DNA of 64,000 nt from contig BDGG01000003.1 of NCBI GenBank assembly GCA_001949185.1, positions 3,455,158 to 3,519,157 on the forward strand, given 5' to 3'. Positions 28,101 through 40,329 of the stretch are shown in pieces; the first letter of the stretch is position 1, and each line of letters opens with the position of its first letter. This stretch comes from Ramazzottius varieornatus. Its lineage: Eukaryota; Animalia; Tardigrada. Both the position numbers and the translations under genes were made by a program. The notes beneath the pieces were generated by a model. It worked only from the letters and a program-made list of their open reading frames with translations, was not told where the DNA came from and searched no databases.

Positions 28101-31100
28101 CCGCCCCGTCGGTGACTATTACTGTAACAAGAAAACCTCTTGCACAACGAAATCAAATTCTTATTTTTATTAGGATACTGTTCTCTAGAATCTTAGTTCA
28201 TCCTCAGTCATGTGCGTTAATGATGTCATTTAGTCCAAGTTTTTTGCTATGTAAGTGCGGTTAGGTTCAGCAAGAAAATAGCATCAGTCTTCGTCCACCT
28301 GCATACAGTACGACACACCTGTGTTATGGTGTCCAAGTATGCATGCGTGTGCAATATGGCGCCAGTTTTCCGCCATTCTTTTAGGATACACTTTCCATGT
28401 TTAAACTTATCTTATTTATTTACCGGTTGTGCTTATCGTGGTTCGGTTGTGACAATTCACAGGTCGGACAAGGGTGATAACTCCGGTGGAAGAGTTGACG
28501 GAGAAAGGTGAGGTCGCGTCATTGTGGAGGAGAGTGAAGACTAACTGGGCATTTACTCCCATGTCGGCATCACTCGCTTCTATCGTCAAAATCGCTTGTC
28601 CGAGCGGCCAAGAACAAGGAATGTCCATTTTGGCTATCTTGACGTCCTCAAAGCTGGTGATGACCGGTGTACTATCAGCTTCATCTATCACAGCAATGTC
28701 GATGCTCGTTGAGGCATAATATGGCGACATCCATGCTGAGAGCTTGAGATGATATGAGGCAGTCTCCTCACGGTCCAGTGGACGCTCTGTCCGTAGAATG
28801 CCCGTCTTGCCATCGTAGGAGAAAATTCCGTTCATGTCGCCGTCAGTTATGAAATATTCCACCTTATTCCACTTGTCAAGGTTTCTCAAGCGAACCGTCC
28901 CGACTAGAAAAGCAATAAAAACATCTTCGTAAACATCATAAAAATCAAAAGGCGGTTCACGTGAAACGGGAGCTCGGCACATCGACCCGACCGGATCGTT
29001 TTCTCAAGTGGCGCACGCCATCAGCCAATATCTCTGAAACAGTGCACCACTTGGAAAACCGAGTCGGTCGAGCTGGTTCGTCGAGCTACCAAATGAATAC
29101 GAGTTCTGAAAATCATTTAATTTTTTATAAACTGAGTTTTAATGTCACAGTTGATACCGAGACGTCAAAGCAATTCATCTTTGTTCAAAGAGTTAATTAT
29201 CTGCGAGATTTGTTTACCGGTCAAATTCGCTGAGTTTTCTTTTACGGCGAAACTGTACGGGTTCTTGGACTCGAATTTGAATTCTGCGCTGTCCGAGCTT
29301 TCTGAAGAAAACAGGTACAGTGTTGCTGACGGTTGAGCCGTTAATCCGAAAGCATCGGTCACGGTAATTTGTATTTTGGCGAGGTCGCCCGGCGCGATGG
29401 AAAGTGGCATTGTGGTGCTGACTTGCCCGGTTCTTTCATGTACCCTAATCCCATTATGTGATGTATAGGCCAGTGCGTAACGGATTAGATCATTCCGATC
29501 AGCGTCGGTGGCTTTGACTTGGGTGAGTGTCTGACCGGCGGTCAGTTTGTTCTGTACCGGCACCATGTAATAAACGGGATAGAACTGTGGTCGGGTATCT
29601 TTCTCGTCAGTCAGACGGACAGTGACCAGGCAGGAGGATGATGATTGTGATTGATGGCTGGCGTTATCGCGAGCAATTACCATCAAATTATGCGCAGGCT
29701 GCGTCTCGCGGTCCAGTTGTCCACTGGTTATCAGTTGGCCCGTCTTGTGGTCGATGGAAAACGACGCCGAACTCGAAAGGGAGAGCTCGAAGGAAACGAG
29801 CCCATTCTCACCGAAATCCTCATCAACAGCCATAAAATGGTGCACCAGCGTCCCAAGTGGCACATTTTCCCGCAGATTGACTTCCTCCGGGCAGTTGGTA
29901 AAGCGCGGCTTATGGTCATTAACGTCCTCAATACTCACCATCAAAGTCGTGTAAGCGATGCGCGGACTTGGGGCGGCATCGCGAGCCGAAATGTTCAGAT
30001 GGACTGAACTTCCGGTCTTTTGACGGCTGAGCGCTTGATCTGTGGTGACCAATCCTATACGACATGACAAAGAAATTCGAAACAAAATCCAAAAAAATGA
30101 GATGTGGACAAACGAACTGAACCAGATTATTTTCCCAAGTGGCGCGCACTTGCAGCCAAAATCAATGAAATTGTGCGCTAGCTGAGTTAACGATCGGGTC
30201 CAACGCATTTGCCCACGTCCCAAGCATTTAAAAATTCATATCGAGTCTTCACCTGTGTCTTGATTGATGGCGAACCAGCTGAGGTCGTTTCCAGCCACGA
30301 TCGAGTACAGAATCTTCCCATTAATGCCTTCGTCTTCATCCACCGCCCTCACGGTATGAACGTAGCTTCCCACAGGTACATCCTCATTGAGGGGCGATTC
30401 ATACTTTGCCGATTGGAATACCGGAGAGTACCTATTAAGCGGGTTGACATGGACCATGAGGCTCTGGCTACTGTTAAGTGATGGATGACCATTGTCCACC
30501 TATTAAAGAACATTCGATATGGTCGAACTGTTATCAAAAGAAGGTAAAGCTAGCCATCTTTCGTAAATTCCTCTCGGTTTCATACCGCCGTGATGGTCAA
30601 GTTGTAAGAATTCAAGCGTTGCCGGTCGAATTGGCCGTTCACTTTCAAATAAGCCAGCTGCATCCGAGCCATGCTGGATAGTAGAGACCCTTGACTGGAC
30701 ATGCTGGCTGATTCCAAACGGAACTGATGATCCGCATTCCCATTTGTGATAAATGTATCAACCTTTGAAGATAAACAAATATTACCTTTCATAAAATATT
30801 CAATCACCTTCGTCAGAGCGTTGCTTGAGCGATATGAAACTGTCTGAGGATTCCTCCGTACATACTTTTTAAAATTACTGAAAAACTGATTTGTTTATGG
30901 TTACCTTTCCGTTTAGGCCATCGTCCAAGTCCTTGACGTTGACCACCGCCACTATAGTCCCATTGGGAGCGTCCTCCGCTACGGTAGCGTACGGTGAGGC
31001 TGACGGATAGTAGCGGAAGGTGATTTCCGGTGCATGGTCGTTCTCGTCCAGCAACGACACGAAGATCCGCGCTCTTCCGGTTAGCCCTCCGTGGTCTTGT

Positions 31101-32206
31101 GCCGTTACTGTTAATACGCAGGTTCTCGGACAGTCACTCTGATCGCACTTCACTCGAAGACAGTGTGTCTGGTTTCGGGTGGTCCTGATGACACCTGTCT
31201 TCTCGTCGATGGAGAACTGGGTATCGTTCGCCAGTGAGTATGAAATCAAAGAGTTCAGTCCGCTATCGTAGTCATCAGCGTGGACCTTCAGGACAATGGA
31301 ACCTGCTGGAGCGTTCTCGCTCACTGCTGCTACGTACTCCGAAGGAGTGAAAACGGGCCTATTGTCGTTGTCATCACTATGGGAAAGATAACCCGGAAGT
31401 GAAATTACTTGTTTTAAAACTTACTCCAGCTTGAGCTCCAATTTTGCACATAACAAAGAATGTTGCACCATTTGAAAGAGATTACCCAGGAACATGAAAC
31501 TATTCTGAAGTGAATTAAGAACTACTTACCCGATAGTGATGTTCAACTCGAAGTAACCAGTTAAGGAAGGTGTTCCTCCGTCAGACGCCGAAATATTCAG
31601 CACATAGTTATCCCGCGTTTCTCGGTCGAGGATACCCGTGTTTTCGATATGCAGGAAATGGTTCTTCGAGATATCAGCACTAGCCTGCGTCAATCTCAGC
31701 CGAAACCTCCCTTCGTCATTTCCCGAGACAATGGCATATTGTCTGATGATGCCATTTGCCCCACCATCCGCATCTACCGCGGTGTCCAACAGGTATTGCT
31801 GGCTAATCTGGTCTGTTTCCAGGAACGTGATGGAGACGACAGCTTCCGGGAACTTCGGAACATTGTCGTTGATGTCTTCAAGGAAGACCTTGACCGAGTG
31901 TGGAAGATTGGTATTGTGTTGGTCAACAACGATTAGCTCGAAAAAGTCTTTGCCTAAAGTTTCACGGTCGAGTTTCCTGCGTGTAAAGACACGCCCTGTT
32001 TCGGCTTCCACTTGGAAGAGGTCTTGATGGTTGGTGAGGAGCAGTCTCTGGTGATTACTCAGCGTAATCCTGCCCACTTCCGTTCCGGCCGGAAGTTCTT
32101 CGGCAATTCTGAATTCCAGGCCTGAAGTGGGGTGGATAATGAGGGCGAACATGCACAGGAACACACAGCCACCACCCAGCGGCTTCATTGTTTGGAGTTT
32201 GTGCAT
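10198..32206 (-). CDS. FAT4: Fat-type giant protocadherin (Drosophila Fat / vertebrate FAT4 orthologue), more than 20 exons
   Basis: Signal peptide, about 30 cadherin repeats (LDRE/LDYE, DxNDN), the Fat-specific Cys insert in repeat 3 (CPRTCVLTVTAQDHG...DENDHAPEITFRYYP...ATVAEDAPNGTIVA), EGF repeats (~12100-12330), LamG, TM (IAVLVLVLLVLALLAAVLFW) and a Tyr-rich tail. Last exon 10475-10198 ends RYVMV*. A small exon at 25175-25078 is needed to keep the frame. Confidence 0.9.
10698..10819. mobile_element. Palindromic MITE-like element, copy 3 (last Fat intron, 10476-10840)
   Basis: GGAGCGTGGGCAAATGG...CCCAAGTGGCGCAC-N25-GTGCGCCACTTGAG...ATCTGCCGTCGTCTC. Confidence 0.85.
23117..23233. mobile_element. 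Palindromic MITE-like element, copy 4 (large Fat intron)
   Basis: CAAGTGGCGCAC-N23-GTGCGCCACTTG core; perfect AATT duplication at both ends. Confidence 0.8.
24475..24594. mobile_element. Palindromic MITE-like element, copy 5 (large Fat intron; degenerate core)
   Basis: GGGACGCCGGCAAA...AACCAGATTATCTTCCCACGTGGC...ACGATCTG...TTGCCCACGTCCC; flanks AAAT/ACAT. Confidence 0.75.
25241..25356. mobile_element. Palindromic MITE-like element, copy 6 (Fat intron 25176-25463; degenerate)
   Basis: Right arm GTGCGCCGCTTGGGAGAACGATCTGGTTCGTTTCATTTGC matches the family; the left arm is eroded. Confidence 0.7.
26472..26594. mobile_element. Palindromic MITE-like element, copy 7 (Fat intron 26376-26691)
   Basis: GTCGGCAAACGAAACG...CCAAGTGGCGCAC-N25-GTGCGCCACTC...CGTTTGCCGTCCTCCC; perfect AATT TSD. 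Confidence 0.85.
28968..29090. mobile_element. Palindromic MITE-like element, copy 8 (Fat intron 28904-29217)
   Basis: GGGAGCTCGGCA...CTCAAGTGGCGCAC-N25-GTGCACCACTTGG...TCGAGCTACC; flanks AAAC/AAAT. Confidence 0.85.
30099..30221. mobile_element. Palindromic MITE-like element, copy 9 (Fat intron 30055-30252)
   Basis: GAGATGTGGACAAACGAACTGAACCAGAT...CCCAAGTGGCGCGC-N25-GTGCGC...TTTGCCCACGTCCC. Confidence 0.85.
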
Positions 32207-33390
32207 ATTGACACTGTTCAGGCGCGAAATGTAATACCCGGCTTGGGAAATGTGTATCGCACACGTTGTAACATTTCGCTCCTATTCATCCGTTCCCTGA
32301 AAAGGCTCAATGTCAGGCAAGGCTTAACTAAATATTCCACATGTTTGCACAAAAATAATGGAATAAAACACAAAAGAGGAAAAGATGTTATCTAGCCATG
32401 AGAAAATAGGAAAGCGATAAACGGAGAGAGGAGAGAAATAGGGCAAATTTAACGCTACGCCACCCAGAACCAAAGAAGGCTCATATCAAAGAAGTATGCC
32501 GACAAGTTTCATGATATCACCAATCACTCATCATCATGTTAACGGGAAGAAAAAACCTTGCGGCCGGTCACACTTGGTCACACGCATCGTTAAGCCGGTG
32601 ATTGCATGCATAAAAAAGGCGTATATGCTAATTGGACATCGGGTACTTCGACCACAGTCCAAGTCTGGTTTCCTCGAAAATATGGTCTTGTTTTTCGATA
32701 TTCGTTAACACACGAATAAACCAACATAATAAAACGCTGACTTTTGGACCATTAGAGTTCTGACTTTACATTATTGGTATTGGTACATTATTGGCTAACG
32801 GAGCATGTTGCATGCGGAAGGAACGACAAACGGGCGTGGAAATTGATTATGATCTTTTTCATTGAAAAAAACGATACTGTAAACTTCCTAATTTTTCTTA
32901 CCTTGCGAACATCGGGTATAAAACCCCGCTTAATCCAGTTTGCGTCCATATAGTAATCCACGAGTGCAATACGGAATAGTCCGCGTAGAAAGGCAAATCC
33001 AATCAATTATTTCCAGAACGGACTTCCCTGTAATGCCGAAGGTGATTTGGCAAGTGCAAAAGCATCGGTTCAAGCTACTTGCACGGACAAGTAAGCAAAA
33101 TTCTATCCACAAAGATGCACAAGAAGTGAGGAGAGGCTAAAGCAATACAACCTGATACGATGCTCATGAAACTGGTGAAAGATTCCCGGCAAGCTGACCA
33201 GAGAGCAGACGCGGAATCCATCCAGCCTATCAGAAAATTTCCGCCCACGGTGCGAAGGCAGCTTGAAGTAAAGAGCAAGCAGCTATCCCCGCCTCGTGCG
33301 CCTATCCCTCTTCGTGGTCTTCCTACAAGAAACCAGAAATTTATCCTACATCGTTTAAGCTGCAGGATAACAGATCATCTCAAACATTAT

Positions 33391-33508
33391 GCGATTGAGG
33401 TAATGAATTGAGCCAGATGGTTGTCTCAAGTGGCGAATGTTTTCATTGTTAATGGCTGAAGGTGTGCGTCACATAAGAAAACGATCTTGTTCAGTTTGCC
33501 CACGTCCC
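33391..33508. mobile_element. Palindromic MITE-like element, copy 10 (between the anillin 3' end and the Fat 5' end)
   Basis: CTCAAGTGGCGAAT-N25-GTGCGTCAC...AACGATCTTGTTCAGTTTGCCCACGTCCC. Confidence 0.8.
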
Positions 33509-33722
33509 ATATAGGGCTTCAGAAAGTGACTATGCTGTTTTATATGACAACGAATATTTAAGGAGATTTACGATTTGAAACTCAATAGACTCATCCGGAA
33601 CTCCAAATTTTAAGGTTAAGTTTAGCGTTCAAACAGAACTGGTACAGTATAAGAGTAAAACAAAATCAATTTCTCTTGCGCAAGAGTATGCCCTAAGGAA
33701 CCGGAGCACAACCCCAGGCTAC

Positions 33723-36625
33723 TCATGAGCGGTTTCGCCAGTCGTTCATTCCTTGAAGAACCGCGTTCAAGATATTCAGCCATCCCTCCAAGTCTTCTTT
33801 CGTATCCGCCATTACAGAATACCTGGAATGAGAATCCACACTCTAGACAATATGTCATATTTTGGTGTACGAATAAAACGGGGTTGTACGCACTCGAAGT
33901 CCTCTTCCGCCGACTGATTACCCGTCTTGGAGAATATGGGCGTCCGCGAATGAAGAACAAACGAGTTCGGACGATTCAAGCCTCCCTTGGCTCTCATCAG
34001 GAACGTGTCTGTACATTTTCCTAGCGCGAAGGCACCAAGGCTTTTCAACTGTGGAAAAAAACATGGGATAAAATCACAAGCTTCCAAAACATCAACAGCG
34101 AACTTCTTTCACGAACATACTTTTCTTTCAGCGTCATCTGGGTACTTCCAGAACGACAAGGCCGTGCCGTCCAACTTACACCAACGACGAACCCAGTCTG
34201 TACCCACATCCGTGTAACAATGGAAGGTCTATAACAGATACAGAGCATGTGATACGAAGAGAACTCAAAACAGCCGAATCTAAGGATACAGATTCCCTAC
34301 CAAAAAGCCTTGGTGGTCAGCTACGAAGTCCAACTCTAGGTTTGCCTTGATGTCCAGCAGAACATCGTAGTTCTCGACAATCAAACCACCGTCCAACGGA
34401 AAGGTCTTATCATGCACGTTGTGTAGGGTTAGGCGAGTACTGCCTAAACTCATGGCACTCGTCATCGAGCTGTCACAAGCAGACTGCGACGAAGACCCCG
34501 ACTTCCCGGCGGACTTTGGTATGACAGCCATGAACTTCTTCAGCAGGCTCGGTGTATGTTTCTTTGAGTCCTCGCCAGCTTCTGCCTTCATAATACGCTA
34601 GGAAGAATGGAAAAATAAGCAACACGAGAACTTGCAGGACAGAACAGAATAAAAGGTTGTCAACTTACTATTAACTGAGCCTCGACTTCGATAGAGAAGT
34701 CAGACGTTAGATTGTGAAACTGGAAAAAATCAGTAATAGTGAGAGACCCATCTGAAGCGACCTCGTCCAGCTGTAGACACTCAGTAGCTCGAACTTGGTC
34801 AAAGTAGGAGAAGACCACTATGACGAAAAAGTCGGCATCTGCAAGTGGACGAATGTTACAATGGACAGTCTCGATATACGCTGTGGAAAGCCACGCAGTT
34901 AGTTCCTACTTCGATCTTGACGTAAACCATCCCAGAACTCCGAATTTATGGAAAGTGTCATGTTCTTGCAGGACACTCTTCCCCGACCCAACATTGAGTT
35001 TGATGGTCCGCCATGACGACCTTCGGAATCGGTGGCTCTTATCTTTTCTATTCGATTCAAGCAGCCTTTACGCTTTCGTGCTGAAAGGACCTCACGTTCA
35101 CATGTTGCAATGAGAGGTGAGATTTCATCATGTATTAAAAGTCTTTCCTGGTTACCCGAGAGGAGTAGCTCGCGTTCGGCGTCGGCTCTCGGCAGAATCA
35201 TAAGAGTAGAGGAGAGCGATGGGGTCGTTTGAATCCTTTCGCGTATTCTTGTATACAAATTCAGCTGCTTTTCCGCTTCTTTTTCTAGTTCCTAAACAGG
35301 TGGCCAATTGAATATTCTACATACCACCACTTTTTTGGATCCAAATCTAGTTCGGGCAAGACGTACGGCCTACGGTACCTGAATTGAAGTGCTTCTGTCC
35401 GGACCATTGAATGCATCCTTCGGCGAGAAGGCCTTCTCCTCGAACACCAAAGCTGGAAGCGGAAAAGGTTGTTCAGAGTTTTCATCGCTTGTGAGCCGCG
35501 TTGTGTGATTGGCAGACTGCGAAAAGGAAATCCACTTAGCATCCGATAATCCTAGATAGAGCAGCTTAATGACACTAACCAGCGGAGTTGAATCGACAGT
35601 TTTGTCGTGGTTTCGTCCAGTGATATTCTCGTTCGGACGATACAAAGATCCACGAAGAGAAGAACCCTCGCTCGCAGCTTTCTGTGAAGACAAACCGTCA
35701 TTCCGATCAACGTGACACGACGAAACAATCGAACAAAGCAGAGGGCAGAAGTTAGCTAATGGGAGAAGTACTAAAGTTGTTCCTCCGGATTCACCTCTGT
35801 TGGACTGCTCTCCGTGGAGAACAGCGCTTTTAGCTTGTCAGCAGATTTGAACAATCCAGCCAGAGAGAAAGCCGAAGGGGACTTCTCCAGAGAGCCGTTT
35901 GATCGACGGTGCTGTTCATGTGATCCGCCATTCGACAGACTGGATTCCTTCCAGTTTTCGTCATCCTAGACAAAGCAGTGAAGAACGTTTCTAGACTAGA
36001 ACGATGTGGCAAGATAATGCGTACCTTGTTCAGTGAAACTGCCCCATGGGAACGTGGTCTCTGTGGAGATACGGGTCGAGCCTGAAAGTCTTCATCGGAT
36101 TCGTCATCGCTGGTGATGGCAGACTTTGAATTCGTGTACTCTTCCACAGTGACTGTCCTCGTCACAACGGTCTGCGTTTCATAAGTCATGACTGGTGTAA
36201 AATACTTTGTGGTTTCTGCGTTGTCTTCTGGATCGGGATCAGTGTCAAAGAACGCCTCCTTCAAATGTGCAGTGTGATCTTTGATGCCATGCTCTTCACT
36301 GACAGATTCTTCGATCTGTAGTCAACGCAAAATTCGTCAGCTGATTGAAAGTCAAAACCATCAGTTGTGGAACGAGAGGCGATCACCTCCGGTCTTTCGG
36401 TTTGTCTGTCGTAGTTTTCCGGCTCCACAGATCGTCGTTCTCGGGAGTTGATCTTGTTCTTCGGAGAGGCGAATCTTTTATGCGGTGAGGGAACTACATC
36501 CGCCCCAGCTGATCGCTGTTCCCACATATCCCTGAAAAATAGCGGCATTCCTAGCTGAGCGTCAATGACAGCATCAACTTGGTGACTTACCGAGTCGCAT
36601 CGAAGTTGCGCTTCTGGTGAGCCAT
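33723..36625 (-). CDS. ANLN: Anillin-family protein (anillin-homology domain plus C-terminal PH domain), multi-exon
   Basis: IQ|ELEKEAEKQLNL...AERELLLS|ARKRKGCL, FHNLTSDFSIEVE, SLGSTRLTL, and PH domain HQGFL...DWVRRWCKLDGTALSFWKYPDDAERK, RPNSFVL, MADTKEDLEGWLNILN. Start MAHQKRNFDATR at 36625; stop at 33723. Confidence 0.85.
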
Positions 36626-37310
36626 CCCGATGTACTTTTGAGCAGTGAGTAGACGGAAGGACAGCGACTTCGACCTTGGTCGGAGGAAGGGATAGTCGAA
36701 CCGGAAATCTGGTCGCCAGTCGCTCCTGCGGATGAAGTCAACTCTGAAACAGACAACTTTAAGCGACAGCGCACTTACCTATTCGGGATGCGCAAAAGCA
36801 CAATGAGAGGGACGAACGTTGGAGAAAAGGAGAACTTCAGCTTTCATGAGCATCACAGGGTCGGGGGATCGAGATCCAGATCTCGTTGGAAGAAGGCCAG
36901 TTTCGTATTGGCACAATCTCTTTGTTAGCTGGCAATATCTGCTCGATTACAGCCCGGCGGGTAAGAATCGCCCTGAGGGCACTGGCCGGTGGCAGACTCC
37001 TTATGACCTTATTCATTGTACGAGTTGTAGTTCGTACACGCACGATGAGATATTACGGGCTAGTTAAAATTACGGGTCAGTGAAAATTACGGTTCAGGCG
37101 GAAAAGACGACAAATTTACAATTTTTATGGAAGTCAGAAACAGAAATCGGACAAATGACGTAACGCTGTAAATTCAACCGTAGAAAATTGTCATGGACAA
37201 CGGCCGTCAGCTGATCAGCTGTTTCACTGTGCATAGATAGCCATTCAACTTTCTCTCGGAGAAGCTATGGACTCCTTGTCCCGATATTAGTTCCGTGAGC
37301 GTTTTCGAAA

Positions 37311-37553
37311 ATGTCTCAGCCCTTCAAGACCGAACGGTATCGACGATACACCGAAGAAGCCCTGAAGGATGCTCTATCTGCTGTCGGGAATGGCACTACA
37401 CGAAGCAGCTCCAGTCTTCAAGCTTGCGCACAGCACCGTCCTACGTTATGTCTAAGATACCACACAATAAATATTAATATGACAAGTTTTAGCTCCTCGG
37501 CCCAATGTCCAGTACGTACGTACAGCAGTGCAGCCTTCGATGCTGGTTTTTAA
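37311..37553 (+). pseudogene. Truncated pogo-type transposase N-terminus (pipsqueak HTH)
   Basis: RRYTEEALKDALSAVGNG resembles helix 1 of HTH_psq. The rest is degenerate, and the frame ends at the TA where the inner element inserted. Confidence 0.6.
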
Positions 37554-37785
37554 GGTCGGGTTCACAGCAGGGAGGGGAGCACTCTCGTACAGAGAAACTT
37601 CTGAGCCGCTGCCCAGATCCCTTCCCAGAGAAAATCTTGAGCGATCTTCCGACTTCGGATATCGTTTTGCATGTTTTGATTGACAGGATTTGCTCTTGGT
37701 CATCCCGCCATCGGGGATATTTTTCTTGATTGTCCGCACGCTACAGACCAACCCGCCCACCGTGGTCTTTGGACTCTGACGTCAG
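37553..37785 (+). repeat. Left 233-bp TIR of the inner transposon
   Basis: Reverse complement of 40097-40329; explains the duplicated ORFs MGGLVCSVRTIKK in the ORF track. Confidence 0.95.
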
Positions 37786-38001
37786 TCAACCTGTTTTGAA
37801 AGTTTTGTCCCATACTTCCGCGTTTTACATCGGGTACCACAGCAAGCGCCCAAGCCGTCCGCAGTCTTTACAGGAAAAGTTCTACGTTGTAATAAGGGTT
37901 CGGCTAATTTATGGTAATGGGGGATAATTATTTTCTTTGAATCTACAAAGTATTACGGGCGTGGGACGAATTTCGTAATCAAGCGGGACACGGTAAAGGC
38001 A

Positions 38002-39794
38002 CTAAAACGGAAGCAAAGCTAGGTCATTGTCACCGTCAAGATCGTGATCCAGGGGCTCCAGGTCTCCGCCCTCTTCAGCAACGTCCTCATCGGCTTGCTC
38101 GTCGCCAACTGCCTCAATGCGGTCTTCCTTTGTGTCGATATCCCAGTAGTCATCCTCAAGCTTGATGCAATGGGCGAAAAGCTTGGGGAAGTCTTCTGGC
38201 TTGAAGATATCAGCAGATTCTTCCCACAGCTTGATCAGGTCAGGCAGCTTTCTGGTGGTGTTTTGCTTGGCGACATACCCTTTGCGGCGGGCCCAGCATT
38301 CTTCAATCGGGTTGGAGTCACAGTGGTAGGGCGGCAGACGAACTGTCTCGATGCCTTCTTCGGTCTTCAAATAGTCATTCATGTAATACCTGTCGCCCAC
38401 GTGATTTTTCAGAAAGTCCGTCACCTTCTGCCACAGCTCGGCCACCAGTTCCCGCGCACCGAACTCGATCCTATGGTCATTCAGCCAGTGCTGGATTTCT
38501 TTCTTCACTCTCTTGGGTCTTCTGAACTGTGGCATCAAGCGGGAATGATAACTTGCGTTATTCACCACGATCACAACCGTGTCATATCCGTGGAGCCGAG
38601 CAAATTCTTTCAAACCGGGAACCACCACCTCCTTCATGAACCTAAAACCATAACAGCCAAAATTTATCATGACGTCATCAAAAACTTGGAGCATTGGCAT
38701 TCCATCATGATAAGAGTTTCATCACAAATTCTTTCACAATCAGAAAGACCTGGTCGACATCTTCATTTTGTCTAACCAATCCAATCAATGGTTTGCGAGA
38801 TATACTCAAAAAACTCAATTTTGACCCACTTTTTTGTACTTTTCTCAAAATCAAGCCACTTGATTGACCTGGTGCAACGACCAAATCTCTTACGAATGAA
38901 AAGACCATCAAAACAGATCATACAAAATGTGATTGATTGATTTGACAGACTGGCTTACTTCTCGTAGTCTTGGTAGTTGAAATTCCCGTGGTAGTCCCCA
39001 GTGTGCTTTGAGGCTTCCCAGATAAGTCCACATTCGGGAACGAATCCCCTATCCGTCACCACGTCGGAAATGACAAGACGCTTTCCCGATCCACTTGGAT
39101 GCGACTGTCCGCAGTCCTCGCACAGGATTTCGGCTGTGCCGTTGGTTTTGTCTTTGCGAAACTGGTAGTCCTCGTTTAACCAAGTTTCATCCAGGAAGGT
39201 AATCAGGGCATTCTTCTGTCGAAACTGACGAACCGCTCGGATGTAACGGGTACGCCTGACTTTGAGGCTTGGGTCACCAAACAGGTGTTTAGTGGACCGA
39301 TCCTGATATCGGAAGCCCATTCGACGTAACACACGATACATCGTGGATTTCGACACCTCAACACCGACTTCCTCCTCCACCAATGGCAGTAGAGATTCCA
39401 CCGTGATGTGTATCTTACTCTTGTACTCCCGGTGAATGATCGCACGAATTTTCCCATATTCCGACTCTTTCAACAAGTGCCGACCGACGCCCGCGACACC
39501 CTCCATTTCTTCCGCCTCGACAACCGGGTCCAAGGTTTCATTTACGTCATCTTCCGGAACGGTGTTGCTCTCGACTGCAGTTCCGCTCGGTGGACCAGTT
39601 ATCGAGTCCCAGCTCGTAGTGATGTTCTGGATGGTGCGTGGACTTCGCTGGCACAGATGCGCGATTGCCTTACGGCGACCTGCCAGAGTGGTCAGAGTGT
39701 ATTTATTCGGCCCAAAAAACGACTGACCCAGCACTTTCCATAAATGAGCAATATGCTTCACATCCACGGGATATAGAGAAGAACTAGAAGACAT
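38002..39794 (-). CDS. DDE transposase, ~491 aa; exons 39794-38959 and 38641-38002
   Basis: HTH (VSKSTMYRVLRRMGFRY), FLDETW, GKRLVI, GDYHGNFN, VIVVNNASYHSR and RLPPYHCDSNPIE. A phase-2 GTAAGC...TTTTAG intron of 317 nt restores the frame (YEK|FMKE). Confidence 0.88.
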
Positions 39795-40096
39795 CTCTCA
39801 GCTTCCTGTTAGTTTTGTCAGACTACGGTATACGCTATTGTAGAATACTGTGGCGCATTTGAAAACTGAGGAGACGGTTTTCGCTTGTGTTTGATTGGAT
39901 CTCTAATCTCTCCAGTTTTTTCCTGGCTGACTCTTCATACTTTCCAGCTGTGATAGGAGAAAACAAAGAAGTTGTCTCGACTCCATCGTTTTCCAACGTG
40001 CAGCATGAAGGTCAGATGCCAGAAGGCCGATAAGAATATCGTCTGTGCCGGTACCTTTTACATTTCACGCACGCAACAGATTTCATTGTTCGCCTG

Positions 40097-40329
40097 CTGA
40101 CGTCAGAGTCCAAAGACCACGGTGGGCGGGTTGGTCTGTAGCGTGCGGACAATCAAGAAAAATATCCCCGATGGCGGGATGACCAAGAGCAAATCCTGTC
40201 AATCAAAACATGCAAAACGATATCCGAAGTCGGAAGATCGCTCAAGATTTTCTCTGGGAAGGGATCTGGGCAGCGGCTCAGAAATTTCTCTGTACGAGAG
40301 TGCTCCCCTCCCTGTTGTGATCCCGACCT
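40097..40329 (-). repeat. Right 233-bp TIR of the inner transposon
   Basis: Reverse complement of 37553-37785. Confidence 0.95.

Larger units (their letters stand above)
37553..40329 (-). mobile_element. IS630-Tc1-mariner (Sailor/DD82E-like) DNA transposon, 2777 bp, TA TSD
   Basis: 233-bp TIRs at 37553-37785 and 40097-40329 (about 3 mismatches seen), TA at 37551-37552 and 40330-40331, and an internal transposase gene. Confidence 0.92.

Noticed and set aside
29851-29868. TCCCAAGTGGCAC resembling the MITE core
   Set aside because: It lies within a Fat coding exon and has no partner arm, so it is a chance match.
37951-37960. TATTACGGGC inside the inner transposon, matching the outer TIR word
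   Set aside because: A single 10-mer with no extended similarity; it cannot be distinguished from chance.
38044-38775. 243-aa plus-strand ORF, and similar long antisense ORFs over Fat, MLX and PHF14
   Set aside because: These are antisense shadows of real coding exons with no independent motifs.
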